Assembly (NCBI GenBank): GCA_026014495.1
Contig: JAOZIF010000184.1
Coordinates: 1-28,340, forward strand
Direction: 5' to 3'
Source: Candidatus Bathyarchaeum sp.
GTDB taxonomy: Archaea; Thermoproteota; Bathyarchaeia; Bathyarchaeales; Bathyarchaeaceae
Length of the DNA stretch: 28,340 nucleotides
Part shown: one piece after another, positions 1 to 8,637 of the stretch
Layout: each line of letters starts with the position of its first letter
How positions within the stretch are numbered: position 1 is the stretch's first letter
Program-made: the position numbers and the translations under genes
Notes under the pieces: generated by a model
Database searches by the model: none
The model's input: the letters and a program-made list of their open reading frames with translations, nothing else
What the model was told of the DNA's origin: nothing

Positions 1-105
1 GGTGCCGAGGGCCGGACTTGAACCAGCGACAACTCGGTCTTCAGCTTCACCCTCAACAATGTGTGTTGTTGAGTCGAGTGCTCTCCCAAACTGAGCTACC
101 TCGGC
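1..105 (-). tRNA. trnF: tRNA-Phe(GAA) with 29-nt BHB intron at non-canonical position 30/31 (intron 46..74); final A of CCA lies outside the window
   Basis: Reverse complement: GCCGAGG TA GCTC AGTTTGGGA GAGC A CTCG|intron|G CT GAA GA CCGAG TTGTC GCTGG TTCAAGT CCGGC CCTCGGC ACC. BHB: helix CACT/GGTG, bulges CG|A and AA|G, inner stem CTCAACAA/TTGTTGAG. Confidence 0.95.
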
Positions 106-204
106 GCCACTCAACATGAACTACATCTTGTTTTTTAAGCTTTTTGAAATAGCCCTGTTTTAGTTGACTGTGACTATTAACCATAAACTATTAACCCATG
201 CATA

Positions 205-648
205 GTGAAGGCTAAATTAGAGTTGAAAACTTTGAGTGATGTTTGTCCCTTCTGTAAGATAGCCTCTGGAAAAGCTCCAGCAAGCATAGTTTACCAAGAC
301 GATAACGTGATGGCTTTTATGGACCTAAACCCCGTTAACGAAGGTCACACTTTGATTGTTCCGCGAGAACATTGGGAGAACATCTATGAAGTTCCAGAAA
401 AAACCTTGGCTGAAATGGTTGCGGTTGTTAAGCGAGTTAGTGTTGCTGTAAAGAAAACTGTGGCTGCAGATGGAATTAAGGTTATTCAGCTCAACGGAAG
501 GGATGCTGGTCAGGTAGTTATGCACATTCACATTCATGTTATTCCGGCCATTTCTGGCTCAGGAGCCACTAAAGGGCATCATGGTCGGATAACTTTGGAA
601 AGAAAGGATTTGGATGAGACTGCGCGGAGAATACGTGAAAACTTCTAA
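205..648 (+). CDS. hit: HIT (histidine triad) family nucleotide hydrolase
   Basis: CPFCKI start, FMDLNPVNEGHTLIVP, HIHIHVIP triad motif; exact start codon uncertain. Confidence 0.92.
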   Translation: MKAKLELKTLSDVCPFCKIASGKAPASIVYQDDNVMAFMDLNPVNEGHTLIVPREHWENIYEVPEKTLAEMVAVVKRVSVAVKKTVAADGIKVIQLNGRDAGQVVMHIHIHVIPAISGSGATKGHHGRITLERKDLDETARRIRENF

Positions 649-656
649 GTGGTTGG

Positions 657-751
657 TGGTGGGCCCGGCCGGATTTGAACCGGCGGTCTCTTCCGCGTGA
701 GGGAAGCGTCTTTTGGCCTCAAATGGAGTTAACCAACTGGACCACGGGCCC
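657..751 (-). tRNA. trnV: tRNA-Val(CAC) with 18-nt intron at position 21/22 in the D-loop (intron 712..729); CCA encoded
   Basis: Reverse complement: GGGCCCG TG GTCC AGTTGGTTA|ACTCCATTTGAGGCCAAA|AGAC G CTTCC CT CAC GC GGAAG ... GGTTCAAATCC GGCCGGGCCC A CCA. BHB: helix TGGT/GCCA, bulges TA|A and AA|A, inner CTC/GAG. Confidence 0.93.
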
Positions 752-933
752 ATTTCTCTAGACCTAAACGGTTGTTTGATTCCTTTATATCTTTTGTAAC
801 TTGTGTTTTGTTGGAATTTCAGAAAAAAGGTTGTTTTCAACAATGTACCTCTATTAGTCTCCTAATATGCTGGTTGTTCATTTCTGAAAGGTTATTTGCA
901 CGATTGCACGTTACTGTTTTGTTTGGTGCGACA

Positions 934-1827
934 ATGGATTGGCTAGTGTTTGCTTTGTTGTCTCCCGCGTTCTGGGGCATAAACAATGTTGTTAACAAGT
1001 TTCTTGTGACCAAAAGGTTCAAAGGCTATTTTTCTATCGCAATTTACTTGAATTTGGTGGATTTAATTTTTGCTGGAGCTGTTTTTGTTGCTGTTCCAGT
1101 TAGTTTCGAGTTTCCCTATGCTTTGTTTTCTATGGCTGTTGGCATGTTGCCCCTGTTTGCGTTTTGGTTTTACAGCAAAGCCCTTATGGTGGAGGAGGTC
1201 TCGCGGATTACGCCGCTGTTCCAGTTTATTCCCATTTTTGTTGTTTTGTTGTCGGTGCTGTTTTTGGGTGAGCTTTTGAGTCCTCAAATGTATTTTGGAA
1301 TTGCCTTGATTGTTTTGACTTCGATGCTGATTTCCTACAGAAAAACGGCAAATGGCAATTTGTTGTCTTCCGCGTTCAAGTTGATGATTCCTTTTACTGC
1401 GATTCTTGCTGTGTACACTGTTTTGAACAAGTATCTTCTTGGTTACTTGGATTACTGGTCGTTGTTTTTTTGGATGATGATTGGTTCTTGTTTTGGGGTT
1501 TTGTGTATGTTGGCTTTTTCTAGGCCACGTAAAGAGTTTGTTGAAGCTGTTTCTCAGCTTGGAAAACGCACATTTGTTGTGTCTTTAGTTGGTGAGGGGA
1601 CATACATTCTGGGCACAATCTGCTCGTTGATAGCAACTTCTTTGGGTTATGTTTCTTTGGTTTCTGCGTTGTCTGGGTTGCAGCACTTTTTTGTTTTCAT
1701 TTACATGTTGCTGTTGAGTTTGTTTGTGCCAACTATCCTCAAAGAAGAGATAAGCAAAACTGTTGTTGCACTAAAAATTGTTGCCATAGCCCTGATGTTT
1801 GTCGGAACTTGGCTAATAACAGTGTAG
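934..1827 (+). CDS. EamA/DMT superfamily transporter (about 10 TM)
   Basis: Starts MDWLVFALLSPAFWGINNV; two hydrophobic halves; EEVSRITPL and GYVSLVSAL segments typical of DMT. The 772 start in the ORF track overlaps the tRNA-Val promoter region. Confidence 0.85.
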   Translation: MDWLVFALLSPAFWGINNVVNKFLVTKRFKGYFSIAIYLNLVDLIFAGAVFVAVPVSFEFPYALFSMAVGMLPLFAFWFYSKALMVEEVSRITPLFQFIPIFVVLLSVLFLGELLSPQMYFGIALIVLTSMLISYRKTANGNLLSSAFKLMIPFTAILAVYTVLNKYLLGYLDYWSLFFWMMIGSCFGVLCMLAFSRPRKEFVEAVSQLGKRTFVVSLVGEGTYILGTICSLIATSLGYVSLVSALSGLQHFFVFIYMLLLSLFVPTILKEEISKTVVALKIVAIALMFVGTWLITV

Positions 1828-1958
1828 CTTTGGTTAGATAAGTAATCTTAATTATATAAAAAACTACACAGTTAATTTCTATATTTCTTAATGCTAATTT
1901 GTATGTGCTGTAAACTACAATTTATGAAAGATTGCTTTTGTCTAACCTGCTTTTCAAA

Positions 1959-3437
1959 TTAACGAGATGAGTGTTTTCCCATTTTGTTCCTAAATATCAC
2001 CGCTAATGTAGACATCGCAATTAGTCCTACTGACAGTAGAACTATTGATTCAAACTCGGGAATTTCCTCTTCGATAACAAACTCTATGTTTTCTGTGATG
2101 TTTGTGTCTGCTACAGTTAGTGTTCCTGACAAAACTGAAGTTGAGTTGTATCCTGTGGGCACATTAATAGAATACGAGTAATCGCCACTTATTACACTGA
2201 AACTAATTGAATCCGAACTAGATGATTGGGTCACACCATTAAACGTAACCCACCAGTTGGTGTCCGTCTCCAAGCCCGACTCAACAAAAGTTACTGTGTA
2301 AGTTGTACCTGATGGCAAACCAAAAGCATACACGTTATCGTCAGTTGAGCCCACGTAAACAACGCCGTTCGCAATTGCAGGAGAAGAATAAACCCCTCCA
2401 TCTGTTGTGTAACTCCAGACAAGTGAACCGCTGGCTGCATTTATTGCATAAACGTTGGAATCCCCTGAGCCCACGTAAACTATTCCATTTGCAACTGCAG
2501 GAGATGATGTCACACTGTTTCCTGTCGTGTAACTCCAAACAATTGAACCGTCATCGGCGTTCAAAGCATACAAATTACCATCATACGCGCCAACATAAAC
2601 TACGCCATTCGCAACCGCGGGAGACGAATCCACGTAGTCTCCTGTAGTGTAGCTCCAAAGCATACTCCCATCATTTGCATTCAAAGCATACAACTTGCCA
2701 TCTCGTGAACCCACATAAACAACGTCATCTACAACAGCAGGAGAATAATACACGCTTCCTCCAGTTGTGTAACTCCAAACAAGTGAGCCGTCATCTGCGT
2801 TTAACGCATACACTTTGCCATCAGCTGAACCCACATAAACAATGTCATCTACAACCGCAGGAGAGGACATTACACTTCCTCCTGTTGTATAGCTCCAAAC
2901 AAACAAGCCGATGTCTGCACTCAAAGCATACAGGTTATCGTCATATGAGCCCACGTAAACCATTCCATTATCAATTACAGGTGACGAATCCACGTAACCT
3001 CCTGTTGTGTATGCCCAAGCAAGTGCGCCTGTAGCTTTTTCCATCGCGTATACCCTGTTATCGCCTGCACCTACGTAAACATAATTGTCTCCAATTGCAG
3101 GAGAAGAATACACAAAACCTCCTAGTGTTGCGCTCCAAACAAGTGAGCCGTCATCTGCATTCATTGCATATACATTATTGTCATATGAACCAACATAGAC
3201 AACTCCATCAACAACCGCAGGAGACGAAGAAACATAGCCTCCTGTTGTGTACTTCCACAGAATTTGGTTAGTCATAGGAACTGTTGAAGTTGAACATCCA
3301 CTATTCGCCGAGTCATGATGGAAACTTGTCCACCAATCAGTTGACGTAGAATCACAGCAGGCAAATTCAACACTAACTAAACATGTAACCGCTGAAAACA
3401 ACAAAACACATAGTAACGCTGAAACTTTTAATTTCAT
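1959..3437 (-). CDS. Secreted 8-blade PQQ-like (BamB-type) beta-propeller protein with Ig-like spacer and PEF-CTERM-like anchor
   Basis: Signal peptide MKLKVSALLCVLLFSAV; eight 40-aa repeats WxYTTGGxVxSSPAVxDGxVYVGSxDxxVYALNAxDGS; YTVTFVESGL domain; C-terminal IPEF + TM helix + RNK tail. Confidence 0.9.
   Translation of the reverse strand: MKLKVSALLCVLLFSAVTCLVSVEFACCDSTSTDWWTSFHHDSANSGCSTSTVPMTNQILWKYTTGGYVSSSPAVVDGVVYVGSYDNNVYAMNADDGSLVWSATLGGFVYSSPAIGDNYVYVGAGDNRVYAMEKATGALAWAYTTGGYVDSSPVIDNGMVYVGSYDDNLYALSADIGLFVWSYTTGGSVMSSPAVVDDIVYVGSADGKVYALNADDGSLVWSYTTGGSVYYSPAVVDDVVYVGSRDGKLYALNANDGSMLWSYTTGDYVDSSPAVANGVVYVGAYDGNLYALNADDGSIVWSYTTGNSVTSSPAVANGIVYVGSGDSNVYAINAASGSLVWSYTTDGGVYSSPAIANGVVYVGSTDDNVYAFGLPSGTTYTVTFVESGLETDTNWWVTFNGVTQSSSSDSISFSVISGDYSYSINVPTGYNSTSVLSGTLTVADTNITENIEFVIEEEIPEFESIVLLSVGLIAMSTLAVIFRNKMGKHSSR
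2319..3263 (-). repeat. Intragenic tandem repeat, 8 x 120 nt (40-aa propeller blades)
   Basis: Recurrent DNA blocks such as CTCCAAACAAGTGAGCCGTCATCTGC and GCAGGAGA at 120-nt periodicity, in frame with the CDS. Confidence 0.9.
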
Positions 3438-3590
3438 ATTAGATATCCCCTGACAAAAGTTATCTACTACAGTTGTAACCTGTATTATCTCCAATATTTA
3501 TCGGTTATCACACACAACTTACGCTGGTAATTCAAGAATTAAAAAAAGGAAAATTGGAACAAAAAGGGTGAGTTATGTTTCAGTTGATAA

Positions 3591-4106
3591 TTACTTGTTT
3601 TTCATTAGCCCATTTTTGTTAATGACAATTTTGTTTGTCATGCCATGACTTTTTCTGACGATTAACCCTTTAATTTCCAGATAATCCAAGATTCTGGTGA
3701 TTTTTGCTTTAGGGAAACCTGTTTGTGTGTGCAGGTCGCTTTGCAAGATTTCTCCGTTGGACTCTACTATTTCGTTGAAGACGGTTCGTTTGTCTCCATC
3801 CAAGAGTTTAAGTGCAAATGCTATCTCCTGCTTTGACGTGTCCTTTTGCTCTAGCACGGTTACAACGGTAGATGCTTCACTGTTTTTTCCAAACACCATA
3901 TAGAAGCTGCTGATAGCTAATACCACCGTGGATAAGCTGATTATTGCAACGTCATACTGTGTGTAACGAAAAATCTGACCTACAACGATTGGCTCTTCAC
4001 CTTGAATAACTATCTGTATTGGTGTAGGCATCAACAGCTTGCCTGCTAACACAAACGCAGAAACTGCGAACAATATTGCCATAACTGTCATTTTTTGTTT
4101 TGTCAA
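3591..4106 (-). CDS. Membrane-anchored winged-HTH transcriptional regulator (COG2512-like)
   Basis: Two N-terminal TM segments; C-terminal LDGDKRTVFNEIVESNGEILQSDL...FPKAKITRILDYLEIKGLIVRKSHGMTNKI. Start may be 4091. Confidence 0.82.
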   Translation of the reverse strand: MTKQKMTVMAILFAVSAFVLAGKLLMPTPIQIVIQGEEPIVVGQIFRYTQYDVAIISLSTVVLAISSFYMVFGKNSEASTVVTVLEQKDTSKQEIAFALKLLDGDKRTVFNEIVESNGEILQSDLHTQTGFPKAKITRILDYLEIKGLIVRKSHGMTNKIVINKNGLMKNK

Positions 4107-4183
4107 GTATTCATCGCCTCATTTTTGCACAGAAAAAGGGTGGGAAATTTTTGGTTTGTTTCATAGTTTATTTCTCCCACATT

Positions 4184-4912
4184 TCACTGTTTTTCGATAC
4201 TTGTTGCGTATATTGTGCTGGGTCCAGCAAATTTGCCGGTAACTGTTACAGTGTCGCCGTTTTCGATGTCTGAAACATCTACTTCTCCATTTTGGTGAGC
4301 ATAGAACACCGTAACTGTTTCGTCAAGCTCAAACAGGGAACCGAACACTTCACCTAGCAAGCTGACTTTTCCGGTCACTGTTACTACTACTCCTTCGTAG
4401 TTTTCAGGATTTTCAATAAGCTCGCTAAGTTCTGTAATGTTGTCCACTATTTTTGGCTTAACAATTTCTGGCTGCACATCTTTTGTTGTTATTTGCTGTT
4501 TTTCTAGGTCTACTGTTACCTCAATAGTTTGTTCACCGAACTGGTCACCGTAGTCATTATTGATTTGAATCGTAACTTTTGCAACGCCCTTCTGGGGAAC
4601 AAGCGCTACTTCGCTACTTGTTTCCTGAACATCAAAGTCAACAACATCAAAAACTTCCGAAACCACTAGTGTATAGTTGTCTGCACCTGCCAGCAACTGC
4701 TCTATCTGCGAATCTGCAAGCGCAATGCTTGTTGCCGTTGCTTTTTCTTGGTCCGTAAGAATCAGCGACACCGACATGGTTTCTATTCTGATTTCCTCGT
4801 CTTCAAATCTAGCAAAGCTTTGTAGAACTCCAGATGCTTGAGCAACAACTGCCAAACTAACTGAAGCCAGCAGTATAACGCCCAACATTGTCAATCTTTT
4901 TGTTTTTTGCAT
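4184..4912 (-). CDS. Secreted or membrane-anchored protein with C-terminal OB-fold-like domain
   Basis: Signal peptide MQKTKRLTMLGVILLASVSLAVVAQA preceded by GAGGTGA RBS; C-terminal LIENPENYEGVVVTVTGKV...IENGDTVTVTGKF resembles OB-fold; very acidic. Confidence 0.65.
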   Translation of the reverse strand: MQKTKRLTMLGVILLASVSLAVVAQASGVLQSFARFEDEEIRIETMSVSLILTDQEKATATSIALADSQIEQLLAGADNYTLVVSEVFDVVDFDVQETSSEVALVPQKGVAKVTIQINNDYGDQFGEQTIEVTVDLEKQQITTKDVQPEIVKPKIVDNITELSELIENPENYEGVVVTVTGKVSLLGEVFGSLFELDETVTVFYAHQNGEVDVSDIENGDTVTVTGKFAGPSTIYATSIEKQ

Positions 4913-5231
4913 ATTTGTTTTCACCTCATTTTTTCGGTAACCTCACATTCGGTGAAACAGCCTTAAGCTGTAACGTGAAATACATTTCAATACACTGTTC
5001 TAACTTCTGTTTTTAATTTCCTGTTTATAAAATGCTGCATACTACTTACAACAAAACATCAATCATTACCACAAACCACTCCACCTGCCCAGCCTTCAAA
5101 GCAGGCTCAATAGCACTATAGACAATAGACACACAAAGCTCGAAAAACTGCTCACAAAACCTTTTTCGCCATACAGTTAATTCGTAGACTTTCTTCAAAT
5201 AACAGGTTTAATGTTTTAGCCCTAAAACTTG

Positions 5232-5921
5232 TTACCTTTCTAACTTGATGACGCCGTCTTGCTTACCCAAATAAACAATGTCTGCAATGTTCATGAACAG
5301 CCCAGTTTCGATCACGCCAGGAATAAACTTAAGCCCCAAATTCAACTCCTCTGGACTGTCTATTGGACCAAAATCTACGTCGACAATGTAGTTGCCGTTA
5401 TCCGTAACAACGGCGCCAACCTTTCCTTTGCCTTCACGCAAAACTGGTTTACCGCCCAACTCTTTTATTCCCGCCGATACGGTTGCCAACGCAAAACCCA
5501 AAACTTCAACTGGAACCTTAAATGTCGAACCAAGCTTTGGCACCAACTTTTTTTCGTCCGCAACTATAACAACTTGTTTGGCTGCTGAGGCTACAATTTT
5601 TTCTCTGGTTAATGCGCCGCCTCCACCTTTGATCATGTTTAATGCTTTGTCGACTTCGTCAGCGCCATCTATTGCCAAATCAAGGGTTGGATGCTCATCT
5701 AATGTAGTCAACTGGATTCCAGCATTTACTGCTAACATCATGGCTTGACTGGAGCTTGGAACACCCATAACCTGTAAACCGTCTTGTTTGATTAGCCTGC
5801 CTAGTTCTTGAATTGCATAGGCAGCTGTGCTTCCACTACCTAGCCCCACAACAAAGTCGTCTTTTACATGCTTAACTGCTTGTAAAGCTACCCGTTTCTT
5901 TGCGTCTTCTCTCCAACTCAC
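5232..5921 (-). CDS. rpiA: Ribose-5-phosphate isomerase A
   Basis: VGLGSGSTA, AIDGADEVD, IKGGGGALTREKIVA, VVTDNGNYIVD, PGVIETGLF motifs; probable GTG start at 5921. Confidence 0.97.
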   Translation of the reverse strand: MSWREDAKKRVALQAVKHVKDDFVVGLGSGSTAAYAIQELGRLIKQDGLQVMGVPSSSQAMMLAVNAGIQLTTLDEHPTLDLAIDGADEVDKALNMIKGGGGALTREKIVASAAKQVVIVADEKKLVPKLGSTFKVPVEVLGFALATVSAGIKELGGKPVLREGKGKVGAVVTDNGNYIVDVDFGPIDSPEELNLGLKFIPGVIETGLFMNIADIVYLGKQDGVIKLER

Positions 5922-5925
5922 CGTT

Positions 5926-6585
5926 TCAAGCCTCAGTTTCCATCTGCCCAAGCCGCTCCAAAACTTTCTCTACCTCTGACCTGATTTTGTCAATTTTCTC
6001 TTCAGCCTCTGTTTTCTTTGGCTTTGAGGTCTTCCGTGGTTGCTTCTTAACGGTTTCAGGTCGGGAAGACGGAGTAGTTGGTTCCTTTTTGGGAGCTACA
6101 TGTTTTGGCGTTATGTCCAAGTTCACCCTTAAGCCCCCTATCTTTTTGTTTATTTCATCAAAGCGGTCATTGAACAGTTTGATAAGATCCTCTTGCATTC
6201 CCTCTAGTTCGTGGAGGGCTACAACCGACTCTTTTTCGGTCATGGAATCTTTGATCTCTCGCATCCTTGCCTTGTAATTTTGTGCTAGTCGATCTCTTTC
6301 CTTTTCGTCTATCTTGCCTTCTGCTTGAGCCTCGTAGATGCGGCGAATGCCGAAGCTGAGAATTTCTCTTTCTACGTCTAATGTTTTCAGTTCTTTTTTG
6401 GATTTCTGAGCGTCAAAAGGTGTAACTGTTCGGTTTCCCTGTAGTGGCAATATAGCTGCGTTTTTAGGCGCTTCCAAAGGCTCTTCGTTGATGTTTTTCT
6501 TTCCTCTTCTCGTAATGTAGATTGTTATCAAAGCTAGTATAACTGCCCCGAGTGCAATTGAATACGCCAAGACGTCAGAATTCAC
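5926..6585 (-). CDS. Hypothetical protein: N-terminal TM anchor plus charged coiled-coil
   Basis: Hydrophobic residues 5-25, then E/K/R-rich heptad-like helices and a P/K/T linker; stop lies 4 nt before the rpiA start. Confidence 0.75.
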   Translation of the reverse strand: MNSDVLAYSIALGAVILALITIYITRRGKKNINEEPLEAPKNAAILPLQGNRTVTPFDAQKSKKELKTLDVEREILSFGIRRIYEAQAEGKIDEKERDRLAQNYKARMREIKDSMTEKESVVALHELEGMQEDLIKLFNDRFDEINKKIGGLRVNLDITPKHVAPKKEPTTPSSRPETVKKQPRKTSKPKKTEAEEKIDKIRSEVEKVLERLGQMETEA

Positions 6586-6998
6586 GAAGGTTCCTACTCC
6601 AACCCAGTTCCTTTTTTTTATTGTTGTATATAAGTTTGAGGAACAAGTTTCTGAAGATTTCGGTCATTTTTATACAAAACTCACCTGTATGCTCTTGTAG
6701 TGCTCTTTGATTCTTGAAAATCTACCAAGTTGTAACCGAAAAAAACAATTTCTAAAGTAACGATTCCACGAAAAGCAACCTAGACTTTTTAACCGCCCCA
6801 TTATTTTCATGTATGTCAACTTACCTTTTAGAACACCAACTACATTAAAATAACTGTCTTTTTGGGATAACCATCTAACCCGTTTGAAAAAAGCGGTTCA
6901 ACTTAGCAGTTCGTTTTATTACATAAAGTTCTGATGGCTTGTGGTGCAAAGTGTTCACTGTTTCTATTTCCATTTTAACAACAGGTGCAGCTTTGAAT

Positions 6999-7352
6999 TT
7001 AGTTATAACCTGATTGTTTGTTCTTTTCGTTTTGCGTGGGCGCTAAAAGCTTGAACTTCATTTCATAAAGTTCATCGAGAAACACAAAATGAGCTTCCAC
7101 ATTTTCGTATTCTTCTTTGAGTTTTTGGCATAACCGCTTGATGCTTGCGGTCTGTATGATTTGGGCTCCCTCTTTTCCTATCAGCTTTTCGAGGTATGTG
7201 ATAATAGTTTCGATGTTGTTACTGCTTTGTTTTATTTTAGCGGATAGTTGTTTTTCTGTTAGTGAGTGAATCAACTTCGAGGCGCTTTCTCCAAGGACCA
7301 TCTTGATTGCATCGTCTAATGCCTCAGACATTAAATCGTCAAAATTCTCCAT
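6999..7352 (-). CDS. Small hypothetical protein, DUF3227-like
   Basis: ALDDAIKMVLGESASKLI...LEKLIGKEGAQIIQ...IKRLCQKL pattern resembles DUF3227-type proteins; GGGTGA RBS upstream. Confidence 0.65.
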   Translation of the reverse strand: MENFDDLMSEALDDAIKMVLGESASKLIHSLTEKQLSAKIKQSSNNIETIITYLEKLIGKEGAQIIQTASIKRLCQKLKEEYENVEAHFVFLDELYEMKFKLLAPTQNEKNKQSGYN

Positions 7353-7503
7353 TAATTAATTCACCCTTTTTTGAACTAAAACCGTAGTTTACTTAAAATT
7401 CATCTTCTGCCCTAAATATTTTTTTTGTTTTTATTCAAATTCCGAATTCGAATTATGTGTAAATGTTAAATATAAAAAAACAATAGAACTGTTTAATTCT
7501 AAG

Positions 7504-7857
7504 TTGGAGTCTGATTATTTGACGTCAAAAATCGTAGAGACCCTAAGAAGACGCACAATAAAAACGTTCATGGATGTATTAATCCTAGCAGAGCTACAGG
7601 AAAAATCTCTCAGCGGCTACGACATCATTGGGCTCATTCACAAAAGGTTCAACATCTTAGTAAGTTCAGGCACAGTTTATTCATTGTTGTATTCGCTGGA
7701 AAGAAAAGGCTTAGTGACCGCCGACCTAGACAATCGCAAACGAACCTACACCTTAACTGACAAAGGCAAACAAACTTTAGAAACAGTAGGGCGAGCAAAC
7801 GGGGAAATTAATGGTCTTGTCCAAAATCTGATATCGGGCAACAGGCCAGATAATTAA
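7504..7857 (+). CDS. PadR family transcriptional regulator
   Basis: FMDVLILAEL...SGYDII...SSGTVYSLLYSLERKGLV...RKRTYTLTDKG signature. Confidence 0.92.
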   Translation: MESDYLTSKIVETLRRRTIKTFMDVLILAELQEKSLSGYDIIGLIHKRFNILVSSGTVYSLLYSLERKGLVTADLDNRKRTYTLTDKGKQTLETVGRANGEINGLVQNLISGNRPDN

Positions 7858-8222
7858 CTGGTTAACCACCACCCATATTTGGCTCTCCCCTTCTCCTTTA
7901 TTTCTACATTTTGTCAAGTTGCCGTTTTGTAACTACACTTGATTTTTGACTTTAGTTCTTTGCTTGAACTTAGCATTGATACTGTCCTAGTTCTAGCAAT
8001 CTTCAGGAACAGAAACACATCAAACAGTTAAACCACAAATTCAGTAAACACAATGATTTGGTGAAAAACATCGTTAACCAATAATGTGAGCAACTGTTAT
8101 GCAAAGAAGTGTTGTGTGAAAAATTTTGAAAAAAGGTATTTTTCAACAATGAACTGCTATTAGTATCCTAATATGTGCAGTTGTGTACGCTGCTACTTGT
8201 GGCTTTTGTTTAGTCAAGTGTT

Positions 8223-8384
8223 TTAGCGGACGACTTCGCGTTTCTTCCATCGCAGATTTTTGCTTCTGCATTTTCTGCATTTGGTGGCGCTGGAAGCGTT
8301 TCGTCCTCCACATTCTCTGCAGATTTTCATGTAGAGCCTGTGTTTTTGTGCAAGCGTTTTCTTGAAGGGGTCCATTATAGGCAA
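8223..8384 (-). CDS. rpl40e: 50S ribosomal protein L40e (missed by ORF track)
   Basis: My translation: (MSD)LPIMDPFKKTLAQKHRLYMKICRECGGRNASSATKCRKCRSKNLRWKKREVVR*, a CxxC...CxxC zinc ribbon. TTG start 8384 favoured by GGAG spacing; alternative ATG at 8393. Confidence 0.95.
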   Translation of the reverse strand: MPIMDPFKKTLAQKHRLYMKICRECGGRNASSATKCRKCRSKNLRWKKREVVR

Positions 8385-8637
8385 ATCAGACATTCTCCGT
8401 TAACGAGTTAGTTACGATTCAAATCACCCCTGACCTAAATATGTTTTCCTGTATCTTACATTGTAGCTTGCTATTTTTTCCGAAATCTTCATGGTGTTTG
8501 CTCTTTTTGGAAAAAGCAATTCCTTGATAATCTAACTTTATGTATTATGCAAAATTTTACCACAACGTATTTATTGAACTGCAAAAAAGCTTAGAAAGTT
8601 CACACGAACAGAAAAATAAAGGAGCAAGGCAGCGAAG

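Noticed and set aside
559-843. 94-aa minus-strand ORF
   Set aside because: Runs through tRNA-Val; not protein-like.
772-933. N-terminal extensions given by the ORF track (also 14713-14805, 22308-22382, 5922-5951, 3438-3494, 8938-8985)
   Set aside because: They cover promoter regions or neighbouring genes; family-typical N-termini and RBSs point to downstream starts.
2319-3263. Regularly spaced repeats that could be mistaken for a CRISPR array
   Set aside because: 120-nt period, degenerate at third codon positions and fully in frame within the propeller CDS; no cas genes.
5046-5198. 50-codon minus-strand ORF (MKKVYELTVWRKRFCEQFF...)
   Set aside because: TTG start, no RBS, no recognisable motif; likely chance in an intergenic region.
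6586-6998. 413-bp intergenic region as an ncRNA or hidden gene
   Set aside because: AT-rich, only a weak hairpin near 6877-6898 and no convincing ORF.
7858-8222. 365-bp convergent intergenic region
   Set aside because: No convincing ORF, repeat or stable structure seen.
8183-8365. 60-aa plus-strand Cys-rich ORF in the track
   Set aside because: Antisense shadow of rpl40e.
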